Source of the DNA: Cetorhinus maximus
Taxonomy: Eukaryota
Length of the DNA: 64,000 nt
Direction: 5' to 3'
Assembly (NCBI RefSeq): GCF_964194155.1
Contig: NC_135879.1
Location: forward strand, 16,926,001-16,990,000
Below the pieces are notes generated by a model. It searched no databases. It saw only the letters and a list, made by a program, of their open reading frames with translations, and was not told the origin of the DNA. Every line of letters starts with the position of its first letter. Position 1 is the stretch's first letter. The position numbers were made by a program, and so were the translations under genes. This document shows positions 25,423-38,831 of the stretch, piece after piece.

Positions 25423-26104
25423 TGTCTGTTAGGTGACGAACCTTACAATACACAGTGGGCGGAATCATCCCAGATTTGCACAAAGTGCGGTATTATTACA
25501 CCTCCTTTTGTCCCCTACAGATATCGCTTCCTTCATTTAACTATTCTCTGCTCTCCACCTAGGGAATTTTACAGTCATTTTGTGGGGAATATTACAGTGA
25601 TTTCATTTCCCCCTTCCCCTTATCTTTCTTCAATCCCTTATTAAATGCTCTTCATCTGCAACATCTCCCAGTCCTATCTCATTATAAGCCCCACTCACCG
25701 GAATCATCCCCCTATGTTGGATCATGAACTCAGATCGGGACTTCGAGGCTCATTTGCCTACCTTGCTTCAGGCAGCACTCACGGTCATCAGCACCAGGCT
25801 TCGCAGGCGGCACAGTCACTTTTAGGGGTGGGGGGGGGGTGGCTAATGGGCAGCTCTCTACCTACCAGACCAGCAGTAGGGTGGGGGTGACTTTTCAGTG
25901 ACTGCAGGGCTAGAGCTTGCTTGGGGAAGGGGGGGCACATGTTGATTGATGCAAGTGGCCTCAAGATGGTGAGGGCTGAGGAGGCAGTCTCCAGAGGAGA
26001 TGAGGCCAGGTGGAGGTGTGAGGGTGTGTGTGAGAGAGTGAGTGGTGATGTCCCTTGAGCTGACAGCGAGTGTGATGCCAGTGAATGTGTGATGGCCTGT
26101 GAGT

Positions 26105-26925
26105 ACTTTTTTATTCATTCACGGAATATGGGCATCACTGGCTAGGCCAGCATTTATTGCCCATCCCTAATTACCCTTGAGAAACTGCCTTCTTGAACCG
26201 CTGCAGTTCATGTGGTGCAAGTGCACCTACAGTGTTGTTAGGGAGGGAGTTCCAGGGTTTTGATCCACTGACAATAAAAGAAGAGTGATGTATTTCCAAG
26301 CCAGGAAAGTGAGTGGCTTGGAGGGGAACTCCCAGGTAGTGGTGTTCCCATGTAGATGGTAGTGGTCGTGGGCTTGGAAGGTGCTGTCTGAGGAGCCTTG
26401 GTGAGTTTCTGCAGTGCATCTTGTTGTGGTACACACTGCTGTTACTGTGCATCGGTGGTGGAGGGAGTGAATGTTTGTGGATGGCGTGATAATCAAGCGG
26501 GCTGCTTTGTCCTGGATAGTGTCAAGCTTCTTGAATGTTATTGGAGCTGCACTCATCCAGGCAAGTGGGTAATATTCCATCACACTCCCGACTTTTGCTT
26601 TGTAGATAGATGATGGACAGGCTTTGGGGAGTCAGGAGTTGAGTTACTCACCACAGGATTCCTAACTTCTGACCTGCTCTTGTAGCCACAGTATTTATAT
26701 GACTAGTCCGGTTCAGTTTCTGGTCAATGGTAACCCACAGGATGTTGATAGTGGGGGACTCAGTGATAGTAATGCCATTGAATGTCAAGGGTCGATGGTT
26801 AGATTCTCTTTTGTTGGAGATGATCATTGCCTGGCACTTGTGTGGTGTGAATGTTACTTGCCACTTGTCAGCCCAAGCCTGGATATTGTCTAGGTCTTGC
26901 TGCATTTGGACATGGAGCGCTTCAG
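26105..26925 (-). mobile_element. CR1-group LINE family A, 3' fragment
   Basis: MQQDLDNIQAWADKWQVTF...; tail ggctaggccagcatttattgcccatcccta on the + strand. Confidence 0.88.
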
Positions 26926-27259
26926 TTGTTAGGAACTAGAGATAGTTTAAGTTAGTTATATGTGTATTGGGGTCTGTTAGGATTAAGGTATATTTTTAAG
27001 TTTAAGTTTAATTTTATATTTCTGTATTTTGTGGATTAAAAGGATGAAAGCTGAGTTTTAGTTTAACTTTAAAAGATGTCTGTATTTTAATGAGATTTAT
27101 GACTCTTCGGGGAGTTGAAACAAACAAAGTATAAAAAAACTGTGCTGTTGCCTAGCAGAGAGAGAGGCCCCACGGAGACAGAGAGAAACAGAAGAGCAGT
27201 TTTTTAGTTCAGTTGGAAACAGGATCTAGGAGAAGCTGGACAGGGGGGAGCTGCAGGAA

Positions 27260-27355
27260 CAAAAACAGAAAATGCTGGAAAATCTCATCAGGTTTGACAG
27301 CATTTGTGGAGAGAGAAACAGAGTTGACGTTTCAAGTCTGTACGACCTTTCTTCA
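27260..27355 (-). mobile_element. Penelope-like terminal-repeat mini-insertion
   Basis: aaaaacagaaaatgctggaaa...gagagagaaacagagttgacgtttc; 12-bp TSD gagctgcaggaa at 27248-27259 and 27356-27367. Confidence 0.75.
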
Positions 27356-27360
27356 GAGCT
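27321..27360 (-). ncRNA. Minimal hammerhead ribozyme motif (PLE-type)
   Basis: The minus strand reads CUGAAGA-A-AGGUC(guaca)GACUU-GAAAC-GUC/AACUC: intact CUGANGA and GAAA cores, stem II, and a GUC triplet; stem I is weakened. Confidence 0.6.
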
Positions 27361-27457
27361 GCAGGAAGCAGGTTTCCCCACAGAACAGAAGAAGGGGGCC
27401 CGGAGAAGACCTTCTAGTCAAAGGGAAAGAACAGGAAGCTGGAAAAGGTGGTGGTGC

Positions 27458-28035
27458 CCTTGAGAAGGTGGTGGTGAGCTGCCTTCTTGAACCGCTGCGG
27501 TCTATGTGGTGTAGGTACACCCACAGTGCTGTTAGGGGGGGAGTTCCAGGATTTTGACCCAGTGACAGTGGAGAAACGGTGATATATTTCCAAGTCAAGG
27601 TTGTGAGTGGCTTGGAGGGGAACTTCCAAGTGGTGGTGTTCCTATGTATCTGCTGCCCTTGTACTTCTAGATGGCAGCAGTCGTGGGTTTGGAATGTGTT
27701 GGATGAGGAGCCTTGGTGAGTTGCTGCAGTGCATCTTGTAGAAGGTACACACTGCTGCTACTGTGCATCGGTGGTGGAGGGAATGAATGTTTGTGGAAGG
27801 GGTGCGAATCAAGTGGGCTACTTTGTCCTGGATGGTGTCAAGCTTCTTGAGTTTTGTGGGAGCTGCACTCATCCAGGCAAGTGGAGAGTAATCCATCACA
27901 CTCCTGGATGGGCTTAAGGAAGTTAGGAGTGAGTTACTCGGTGCAGGATTCCTAGCCTCTGACCTGCTCTTGTAGCCACAATATATATATGGCTAGTCCA
28001 GTTCAGTTTCTGGTCAATGGTAACTCCCAGGATGT
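27458..28035 (-). mobile_element. CR1-group LINE family A fragment
   Basis: DYSPLAWMSAAPTKLKKLDTIQDK on the minus strand. Confidence 0.85.
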
Positions 28036-28039
28036 TGGC

Positions 28040-29360
28040 AGACTAGGAGAAGAGATGGGAAATGAAGATGAAGACAGATCAGAAGGGGTATTGATACCCA
28101 CGAGTTGCTGGAGCTTGCAATCCTTAACACCTGAAAGGAAGAGAAAATGTGTTTTGTTAAAGTGTTGGATGAGACGAGGGATGAAATGAGACTGTGGAGC
28201 AGGTCAGCTTTGAGGTGGAGTGACTACAGCTTTAAAGTGGATAACAATGGGGAACAGACATGGAGCTGACAGATTGTGGAGAGGCAAGGTTGAGAGTCAG
28301 GCCCAGCTGAATAGTAAGAGATGTGAACGAGAGACTCCTATTTTAGCACACTTGATGAGGCCATTTGTGTTTTGCACTGTCACCAATTCTGATCCTGCTG
28401 GGTCTATTTTATACCTTGCTGTTGGTAACCCTGACCAATAGCAGGAGTGAGTGGCCATCCTCACCCTCAACTTGCTCCACCAAGATATTCGTGCTGCCTT
28501 CAGGAACCTAGTTACCAGCCAGAATTCTCCAGACTGTCCCAGGCACCTTTCTCCGCCTTTTAAGGTTTGCTGCAGCTGTTGACTGACAAAAAAAATGAAC
28601 CATAATACAAAAGCAAAATACTGCATGTGCTGGAAATCTTGAAATAAAAACAGAAAATATTGGTAATACTCAGCAGGTCTCGCAGCATCTGTTTCTCTCT
28701 TCACAGGTACTGCCAGACCTGCTGTGTGTACTTGCGGCATTTTCTGCTTTTATTTCAGATTTCCAGCTCCTGCAGTATTTTGCTTTTGTATTAGTGTTTA
28801 ATTGACTGCCATTTTTCTTCCAGGAATACCCACCTTGAAGAAGCTCTGCTCCTCTTGTGTTTGATTAGGTATCCGAACACTTTCACAGCCACATCTCCTT
28901 CCTCAGCAACAGTCTCAGGCTCCGACTTATACCACATAGATTCCAACTAAAATTCCACCCTTCGTGTTTCCGATCCACACACAATTGCAGGTATCTCCGA
29001 GATATTCAACATTCCTGGAACCGTTGTTCTTGCAGCACCCTGAGATCCACACTCAGTGCCCTGCACTGCCACCTGCCCACTATCGACCTCTCTCTTCAGC
29101 AGCACCCGCTCACTCCATCTCAAAGCTGACCTGCTCTACCCCCCGTCTCATCCAGCACTTTAACAAGAAACATTTTCTCTTCCTTTCAGGTGTTAAGGAT
29201 TGCAAGCTCCAACAACTCGTGGATATCAATACCCCTTCTGATCTTCCTTCATCTTCATTTCCCTCTGACGCCATCCCTTCTTCTAATCCCACTCTTGTTC
29301 CTCTCTCCATAGATGCTGCCAGACCTGCTGAGCGCTTACAACATTTTCTGTTTTTATTTA
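28040..29360. mobile_element. Penelope-like element cluster in inverted arrangement
   Basis: Hairpin 28602-28793, inverted pair 28040-28222 / 29111-29290, and terminal-repeat sequence ctctccatagatgctgccagacctgctgag. Confidence 0.7.
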
Positions 29361-29834
29361 AGAAAGTGAACCACCACTTTAAGCTCTTGTACACATTTAA
29401 GAAAATGCAGCGGCGTTCGATTTCCTGCCTGTAATGGTTAAACGAGCTTATCACAAGCACATTTCACACTTAAAGCTCACCTGCTGCATGCAAATGAAAT
29501 GGAACCTGGAAAATCAACGGCACCTCACCCTACCTTCTCTAAGCAACTTTTAATCTTCCTTCAATCACTATCTTATAATCAATGAGAAACAATGTACAAA
29601 ACCAAAGAGGCTATGATAAATTTGTATGAGGGATTGATTAGCCCACAGTTAATGTATAGGTCTGGGTGCTCAGTTATACAAAGGACATTAAATCCATAGG
29701 AAGTGTGCACTGTAGATTCTTCAGGGGTATGGTTATAAGGAGAAACTTGAAATACTGGAACTATTAATAAAGGAACAGAAATGTTTAAGCATAGATTTAA
29801 CAAAGTTCATAAAATTATATGAATGGTTTTGGGC

Positions 29835-30950
29835 GTAAAGGATTAGCATGGATTGAGGATTGGTTAACACACAGAAGACAGAGAGTCAGAATTAATGGGT
29901 CTTTTTCAGGTTGAAAAGATGTAACTAGTGGAGTGCCACAAGGATCGATCCTATTATTATTATTTACTCTCTATATTAATGACTTGGAGGAGGGGGCAGA
30001 GTGTCATGTATCCAAATTTGCTGATGGTACAAAAACAGGTGGGAGGGCATGTTGTGATGAGGACATAAGGAATCTGCAAGGGGATATAGACAGGTTGAGT
30101 GAGTGGGCAAAAACTTGGCAGATGGAGTTTAATGTAGGAAAGTGTAAGGTCATGCACTTTGGTAGGAAAAATCAAAAGACAGACAATTATTTAAATGGAG
30201 AAAGACTCCAAAAAGTGCAGCACAGAGGGATCTGGATGTTCTTGCACATGAAACACAAAAAGTTAGCATGCAGGTGCAGCTAGTAATTAAGAAGGCAAAA
30301 TGAATTTTGGCCTGTATTGCTAGGGGGTTGGAGTTTAAAACTGGGAAGTCTTGTTGCAACTGTACAGGGTGTTGGTGAGGCCGCACCTGGAGTACTGTGT
30401 ATGGTTTTGGTCCTCCTATTTAAGAAAGGATATACTGGCATTGGAGGCAGTTCAAAAGAGATTCACTAGGCTGATTCCTGGGATGAAGGCATTGACTTAT
30501 CAAGAAAGGCTAAACAGGTTAGGCCTTTATTCATTAGAGTCTAGAAGAATGAGGGGTCATCTTATTGAAACGTACAAGATTCTGAGGGGGCTTGACAGGG
30601 TAGATGTTGAGAAGATGTTTCCACTAGTCGGGGAGTCTCGAACTAGGGGATATAGTTACAGAATAAGGGGACACTCACTTAAAACTGAGATGCGAAGGAA
30701 TTTCTTCTCTCAGGAGGTAGTGAACATCTGGAATTCTCTACCCCAGAGGGTTGTGGAGGCTAGATCACTGAAAGTATTTAAAGAGGAGGTAGATAGATTT
30801 TTGAAGTATCGGAGAGTTGAGGGCTATGAGGAGCTGGCACGAAAGAGGAGTTGAGGCCTGGGGCAGATTAGCCATGATCTTATTGAATGGCGGGGCAGGC
30901 TTGAGGGCCGAATGGCCTACTCCTGCTCCTCTTATGTTTTTATGTTCTTA
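29835..30950 (+). mobile_element. CR1 LINE family B, RT to 3' end
   Basis: GVPQGS, KFADGTK, RPHLEYC, WNSLP; tail gccgaatggcctactcctgctcct...tatgttctta. It interrupts an older CR1 piece (about 29780-29830 and 30950-31315). Confidence 0.92.
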
Positions 30951-31534
30951 TGGTTTGGATGGGCTACTTAAGGAAATACTATTCCCTCTGGTTGGGGAGT
31001 TTAGTGATTGCCTTTAAAAGAGCGAGGAGTCAGGTTAAGGAGACATTTCTTTAGGCAGAGGGTTTTTTAGAGAATGGAATGTTTTGCCAGGGGAAATAAT
31101 TCAGGCAGAGCCGGTTGCTTCTCTTAAGGGAAAATTGATTAACATTTGAAGAAGGGTAAGATACAGGGCAATGGGGAGAAAGCAGATGGGGCCAAATGGC
31201 CTACTCCTGCTCTTTTTTCAGAGCAGTGAGATTAGTTTTGGATTGATCTAGCAGAGAGCTAGCACAGACATGGGCTGAAGGATCTCCTTCTACACTGTGA
31301 ACTTCCATGGTTCTGTGACATGTGAAAACAAGTATTCAATGGGCTTTGTGACTTAAGCTGTTGATGTACTTAACATTCCTTCACCTGTTTTGAAGGAATA
31401 AAAATATGAAAGCCCAAAAGGGAAAATGTATACGTTGAAAGCATAAAATTGGTGGTGCATTTCTTGGGGAAAGCTTAGAATTTTTTTTTATAAAGACGTA
31501 TACATACTGGTTGATGCTAAGTTGAGGGGGAAGA

Positions 31535-31790
31535 AGGTGGCATAGTGATAATTTCAGAGGCCCAGGCTAATGCTCTGTGGACATGGGTTAAAATCCCACT
31601 ATGGCAGCGGGTGGAATTTAAATTAAATTAATTAATAAAATCTGGAATTGAAAGCTAGCCTCACTAATGGTAACTATGCTGTGAAAACCCGTCTTGTTCA
31701 CTGAAGGAAATCTGCCATCCTGATCTATCCATGAATCCAGACCCACAGCAATGTGGTTGACTTTTAACTGCCTCTGAAGTGGCTTAGCAA
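31535..31790 (+). mobile_element. SINE family S1, partial
   Basis: cagaggcccaggctaatgctctg...gggttaaaatccc...agacccacagcaatgtggttgac. Confidence 0.75.
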
Positions 31791-32299
31791 TTGAAACTTT
31801 TTTTCATCATTAAACAGAGTAAAAAAAACATCAGAATTTCCCCAGACAAAGTTTTTCTGTCTCCATCAGTGAATCATTTATATACACAGTAAACATCAAT
31901 GGCCCAGCCTGTGGTAGTGCCCTTGCCATATTAATGCAGTTCCATAACCCAACTTTTTACTTTCTCTGAGTTTTCATCCATCACAAAAGATTGCCTTCAA
32001 TCTCATACTAGCCTGCCTCATGAACTACCCCCTTGATGGGCAGGTTCATCCAGCCTGCCCCTCACTCGTGGTGACTGCAGAATCATAACTAGATGCTTCC
32101 TTTCTTCTCGCATCTATGTAAAAGAAAAACTGAGAAAATCCCAGAGACGATAAGAGAAAAAATACTATGGAAAATGCCTCTCCAACTGTTCCTCAGATGA
32201 TTGAAATCCGCCCAGGAGATCTGATTGACCATGTATTATTTGTAAAGCCACTTACCTTCTTTAAGATGTAACCTCTGCACTAATAACTGGTCCTGCTTG

Positions 32300-32935
32300 A
32301 CATTTTTTTTTATTATTTCAAGGGACGTGACCATCACACCATCCATAATTTCCCTTGAGATTGTGGTGGTGAGCTACCTTCTTGAACCGCTACAGTCCAT
32401 CTAGTGTTGGTACATCCTAAGTGCTGTTAGAAAGGGAGTTCCAGGATTTTGACTCAGCGACAGTGAAGGAGTGACAATATGGTTCTAAGTCTGGATGGTT
32501 TGTGGCTTGGAGGGGAACATGCAGGTGGTTTCCCCATTCGTCCGCTGCCCTTTTCCTTCTAGGTGGTAGAGGTTGCAAGTTTGGAAGGTGCTGTCAAATG
32601 AGACTTAGCGAGTTGCTGCAGTGTACCTTGTATCTGGTACCCACTGCTGCCATTGTATGTTAATGGTAGGGATAGTAAATATTGAAGGTTCAAGGGGCAC
32701 TGAACAAGTGGACTGCTTTGCCCTGGGTGGTGTCAAGCTTCTCGAGTGTTGTTGGAGTTGCACTCATCCAGGCAAGTGGAGAGTATTCCATTGCAATCCT
32801 GACTTGTGTCTTGTAGATGGTGGGCAGGCTTTGAGGAGTCTGGAGGTGAGCAGAATTCCTAGCACCTAACCTGCTCTTGTAGACACAGTATTTATGCGGC
32901 TGATTTCAGTTAAATTTCAGGTCAATGGTATCCCC
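32300..32935 (-). mobile_element. CR1-group LINE family A, 3' fragment
   Basis: Reverse complement of the family A 3' region, more diverged. Confidence 0.8.
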
Positions 32936-33974
32936 TAAATATGTCATGTCTGCAGAATTTGTATAACTGCAAGTTCTGGCATTTAAGCCCAGTAAATTTG
33001 TTGGGCAAACCATAAATTCATGTTGACTCCCTCATGTTATGACATCCCGCAATATCAACATTGGCCAAAAAAAAAGCACCAAAAGAGCGAGATTAAGTAT
33101 GAAGATGCAGTAAGCAACTTTAGCAGAACAGAGACAGTTCTGTAGATTGGTAGTTAGGCGTCAGGTGAAATTTAGAGCAAAGAAATGTGGGAGGAAGAAT
33201 AGGAAGATGAAATATACAGTAAATGATAAAACTTTAATTGGATTAGAGGAGCAGAAAGACTTTCAGGCTCAAATACACAAATTTCTATAAGTGTTGGAAC
33301 AATAAAGCTGTAAATCTAAATGTATGGGATGCTAGGTGTTACAATAGGAGTACTGAGTGAAAAGCAAAGATTTTTACACTAGGGATACTGAATACAAAGC
33401 AAAAACTTTTACTACTAATATAAATCATTAGTTAGAATATTGGTCCTTCATCGCCAGTGTTTTGACAGGATGCAATATAGGTAGAGATCATTGGAATTAC
33501 CAAGGCCAAAAAGTACTTGGGTTTTGTAGGCCTTGTTACAAGTATGGTCCAGTAATATCCTCAGAGCAGGCCAGCCCTCTAACAGGGCCTTGCACCAAGA
33601 ATTGGATGTGGAATCAAGAGTCCAGCTTAGCTGCCAGCCTTGGGAAACAATAGTCAGTTGGTCCCCAAGCACCAAAAATGATCATGTCCTTCAAGTAAAT
33701 GTTGTGCACTTAGCTGCTTGTCTCTCAATGCCTTGCAGCTGCACTTTGAGAAGCCATAAGTTGGCAGGTGTGGGGGAGGAATGGGGGGCTGGTGGGAATG
33801 GCACAAAAGCCACAAAGCTCAGCACCAGCTTCTTGAGCCATCACTGTGAGGCTCAGGGAGATTAAATTAAGGTGAGTTAGGAACATTTCTTTAGTTTCAT
33901 TTAAATTGCCTATTGTAAGCCCTGCTCTTCCCACTTACTCTTCCTATTTTTGAGGAAGCCCCTGAAATATACCA

Positions 33975-34322
33975 AGATACCCAGGGTAATTCTCTGGGGA
34001 CCTGGGTTCGAATCCCACCATGGCAGATGGTGAAATTTGAATTCAATGAAAAATCTGGAATGAAAAGTCTAATGATGATCATGAAACTATTGTCAATTGT
34101 CGTAAAAACCCATCTCGTTCACCAATGTCCTTTAGGAAAGGAAATCTGCCATCCTTACCTGGTCTGGCCTACATGTGACTTCAGACCCACAATAATGTGG
34201 TTGACTCTTAAATGCCCTCTGAAATGGCCTAGCAAGCCATTCAGTTCTCAAGGGAAATTAAGGATTGGCAATAATGCTGACCCAGCCAGTGACGCCCACA
34301 TCCCATGACCGAATATTAAAAA
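33975..34322 (+). mobile_element. SINE family S1
   Basis: B box GGTTCGAATCCC, family body, and tail aagggaaattaaggattggcaataatgctg. Confidence 0.85.
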
Positions 34323-35277
34323 AAAATCCCAGGGAGATGATAGAAACCCAACCTAGCGAGTCTCCATCCTCTTTTCTTCTCCCTAGCAACTGTGAAAATG
34401 TTTATCCCCGAGGCACTGGGGATAACAAACATCAAGGCCACTGTGTATTTGGGATTATTGCTTTAGGAAGGCTGTCAATGCCATAAAGAGAGAACAGAAA
34501 AGATTTTGCAAAAGGAACACAGAAATTAGTTTAGTTATGTGGTGAAGAGAAAGAAATACCATTCGACATTGATGTGAGCCTGGGGCAAGTGGAAGATTAG
34601 CCTTTCCCCCTTACCAAAACTCAAAGGGGCATGATAAAAGAAGGAGAATCCTGGTTGTATCTCAAACTCTGCTCCTTCCAGGCAAAAACCTGCTTTTTCT
34701 CATCCTCTCCACATCCACGAACTTAAAGGGCCTCTCAGTCCTGGATAATAAATATTGAACTAATTCCTTCTTTCAGAATATATTGCATGCATTGTTTTCA
34801 TTGGAGTTGTATAAGTTTGATGTTTTTTAGTCACCAACCTCTTCGATTGCGTGCAGCACTAAACGTTGGTTGTTTGCCAAGTCCTAGCTTTGCTGAAGGG
34901 ATGGTGGGAAGGTCACCAGTGTGCTCTGTGGGAATAAATCACATAGTTAGAGTCTGTTTGTTCTTTCTTGCCTTCCAGTTAATAAACTTTCTTCCCCCGC
35001 TTTGTTCTGTGCCAAGAGGTTGGACATTCCATCATCGTTCTGTCTGCTTGTCTGAACATCTAACAGACCAGTACAAAAATGCAGTTATTATTTCTGTAGC
35101 TGTCTTTCTGTTCAACAGCAGAAATTCCATGTTTAATAGCTCCAATCAACTTCCTGTCAATTTGCAGACAACTTATTCTCAGTTGTTCCATATGAATTTC
35201 TTAACAATTTCATCAAATGAACACCATAGTAATGGAGGTACTGCTAGATTCTTAACGCTAGATTCTTAAGTGGCTAG

Positions 35278-35632
35278 ATTCTGAAGAGGCTTGACAGGGT
35301 AGATACTAAGAGGTTGTTTCCCCTGGCTGGGGCCTTTGGGACACGAGGGCACAGCTTAAGGATAAGGTTTAGGACTGAGCTGAGGAGAAATTTCTTCACT
35401 CAATCGGCTGTGAATCTTTGGAATTCTTTATCCCAGAGGGTTGTGGATGCTCCCTCGCTGGATATACTTAAGGCTGAGATGGACAGATTTTTGGTTTCTC
35501 AGGGAATCAAGGGATGTGGGGAGCAGGCAGGATAGTGGAGTTGAAGTCCAAGGTCAGCTCCAGTCGTACTGAATGGTGGAGCAAGCTCGAGGGGTCATAT
35601 AATCTATTCCCGCTCCTATTTCTTATGTTCTT
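35278..35632 (+). mobile_element. CR1 LINE family B 3' end
   Basis: RRNFFTQSAVNLWNSL; tail ctcctatttcttatgttctta. Confidence 0.85.
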
Positions 35633-36429
35633 ACTGTGAGCACAAAGTTACTATTTTCACTGGGGAAACTTTTGAGTTGGGCACTGAATAGATGCCATAT
35701 TGGTGGTGCGTTCATGGTACCCACACGATGCAACAGTCAAGAGACGCAACCTACTTTCCGGTTCAGGCCTCGTTAACATTACTTCATTGGGTTGCAAACG
35801 TAAAAAATTTTAGCGGTCACTCTGCTAAATCTCACCAAATTTCTTCAGGAACCGAAGTGACCGGCTATTGCACTCAACTAGATAAGGCACACTAGAGGTT
35901 TGAGGTGTTGGTAGTGAATGCAGGGGTTTGAGGGGGCGGTGGGAGTGGGAGAGTGCAAATGGGGTGGTAGTGGGACGGAAAGATGTTGTGGAGACCAGAG
36001 CAGCATTTCTGTTCCTCCGAGCCCCGCTAAAGTTCTTTTCAACAAAAAAAATTGTTAGGGAAAAGCTTCCAGCAGCCCCTTTAAGGACCACCAGTAAGGC
36101 CTCAAGGCACTGAAGGAAGTAGAATTAGCATGTGCTGTACATGCTTTCTTCTTGAAAATTATAATCAGAGTCCTTTTTAAACATCCTCCCACATTAGTTT
36201 TGGCCAGGAGTGCTGGGCCTTCCTGAATGTTGATTCAGGCCAGTAATTGGCTGTGCAAGATCCCCACCTGATTTTTAATAGCCAATCACCCATTTTAAAG
36301 ATGAGAAACAAAAGACTGGTAAGGTGGAAGTCCCCTTCCTTTATTGGGTCAAAAGAAATGTTTAGCAGCATAGAGAGGCTCATTTCAATTGGGACACACA
36401 CAACTTGGATTTATATAGCACCGTTTTTT

Positions 36430-36760
36430 TATTTATGGGATGTGGGCATCACTGGCTAGGCCAGCATTTATTGTCCATCACTAATTGCCCTTATTCAGAA
36501 GGCATTTAAGAGTCAACCACATTGCTCTGGGTCGGGAGTCACTTGTCGGCCAGACCAGGTAAGGACAGCAGAGAGGGACATTAGTGAACCAGATGGGTTT
36601 TTACAACAATCGACAATGGTTTCATGATCATCATTAAACTTTTAATTCCAGATTTTTATTGAATTCAAATTCCACTATCTGCCCTGGCAGGATTTGAACC
36701 CAGATACCCAGAGCATTACCCTGGATCTCTGGATTATTAGTCCATACCTGTATGCCATTG
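36430..36760 (-). mobile_element. SINE family S1-related
   Basis: Reverse-complement tail ggctaggccagcatttattg and head ggatttgaacccag; interrupts a SacSINE-like tail. Confidence 0.8.
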
Positions 36761-38831
36761 CCCCCCCACCCACCCCCTTTTCACATCCTCAGGGCATTCT
36801 GAAGTGTTTCACAGCCAATAAATAACATTTTTGAACTATGACACCAACCGCCCCCCTTCCCCTCCACCACCCCCACCCCTACACCCCCTCCCCAGAGGAA
36901 AACAGTCACTCACTGGGATTTTCACAGAAGCGTCCCCTTAATTGGTATGGAGACAGTTTTCCTGTCCAATTAAGGGCAGTGAGCGAACTCACAAAGTTGA
37001 AAGGGTCAATCAGAGGCCTTTCTGATTGAGAGGGACAGCACGCTGTAATAGAGGGTAAGTAACTGAGAGGATGCTTCAACTTTGGAGGTGCTCTCTCACA
37101 TCATTTTTAAAATTATATTCAAAAAACAAAAAGCAGCTGTGTCTACATGTTGGTTTGTGGGGAAGGTGGTGGGAATTCCTCTACAGGGCATTCTTTGGCA
37201 GGGAAGGCAGGGTGAACCTTTGGTCTTGCCTGGAGCACTGGCCTCCACAGGCTGCCCCTGGGTGCTTGCCACCAGGCGGTTAAACTGGGGAACTGGAAAC
37301 CAACCGGAAAATCCCAGTCAGCATCCTTTAATGGCTGTTAACAAGGGTCTTAATCAGGCTAATTTGCTAGCCCCTTCATGGTGGCATGTACCCCTGCCAG
37401 CCCTGAACCCACCTTGGCAAAAATGGCTAGCGCTGGGAACAGGGTTGGAAAACCGGCGTGTCATCCGGTGCCGGTATTTTCGGGTCATGTCTGCCTCTGC
37501 TCAGTGGGGCCCAAAGATTCTGCCCATAGTCTCTGTTGCATTAGAGTCTGAGCAGTGCACACTTACCTGAATGTGGCAATTCTGTGTTGCCAACTGTTCT
37601 CTGCACTTTTAGAGAAATAATTCCAGCTGCTGTCCTCCATGTCATGCACTAAGTTTAATTGGACATAGATCCCTGCTCAATGCCACTCTAATCTCTTCCA
37701 CATGGCTGGAAAGTCTCTGTATGTCTCAGGCCCATCTAACATCAAACTATTTATATACCACTATGTAGTTTTACTTAGGTTGCTATCGTACTTACCCATG
37801 GATTGATTTTAGAGTCTTTAGAAATTGCCACTCAGATTATGTGAAGTAATCCTGCCTTGGTCTATGCAGCCTTTCAACTGACTATGATGCCTGAACATTT
37901 TCTTTCCCCTCTTTTGAATTTCCCATTTATCCAAGAGAACAGGAGGCATCTGCAGCAAGGAATAGCGTGCAAGATGGTTTGCAAAACTGACTACGTTCTT
38001 CTGCTAAAAAGTGATTAAAAGTGAGCTCAGATATCACTTCATGAGGCTATAAGTTCCTTGAGCAATACTAACTGAAGAATGCTTAATGCGCTCCTTCTGC
38101 CATCTAGCTTAACGCTACCATGGCCAGGATTTTTCTTCCCCACCGCGGTGTGTCTCCCCCTGGTGGATGCAGTGAGCCATTTAAATCTCCATTCAGTTCG
38201 ATGGGACCATAATATCTCGTCGGGTGGGAGGGGCCATAAAATCCTGGCCCATACATCCAATTATTTTTAAAAGGGATAGGGCTGCCATTAGAACGTCAGG
38301 CAGATAAATCACCAGCATCAATCTCTGGCCTATAGTAGAATTAGAGTTTAAAAACTCAGGCTGGGAAATTCTTCAGTGTATGTCAATCCCGCTCTCTGCG
38401 TTGTTTTACCCAAAGTTCTTTGAAGTAATTTGGCTGAGCAGGAACTTCTCTGAGAAATCAGCAAACCTTGATCATGACAAACTTTCTAAAGTCAGTGCAA
38501 TTTTACTCTCAATTGTTGGCTACATTGGACTAATTGATCAATCGTAGATATTTGTCACTATTTTGAATCCTTATTAGTATGGTGATAGTTCATGGTTGTA
38601 GCTCACTGATAGAACTACTATTATATCACAAGGTACTGGGGGCATGATTAATTTCTCAACGCTTTGAAAATATGAGTCACAAGAGTCTACTTGGATTGGA
38701 TTAGAACACAGATTAACAGCACTAATAGGATTGTCTTTTAACCTACCACACTCCAGACCACACAAACGTACCAAGTATCACATTGTCTGTCTCTCAATTA
38801 GCACGTGTCTCTGGATGGAAGTGAAAATATT

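Noticed and set aside
34787-35269. 160-aa plus-strand ORF
   Set aside because: No recognisable domain or consistent exon context; composition fits random non-coding sequence.
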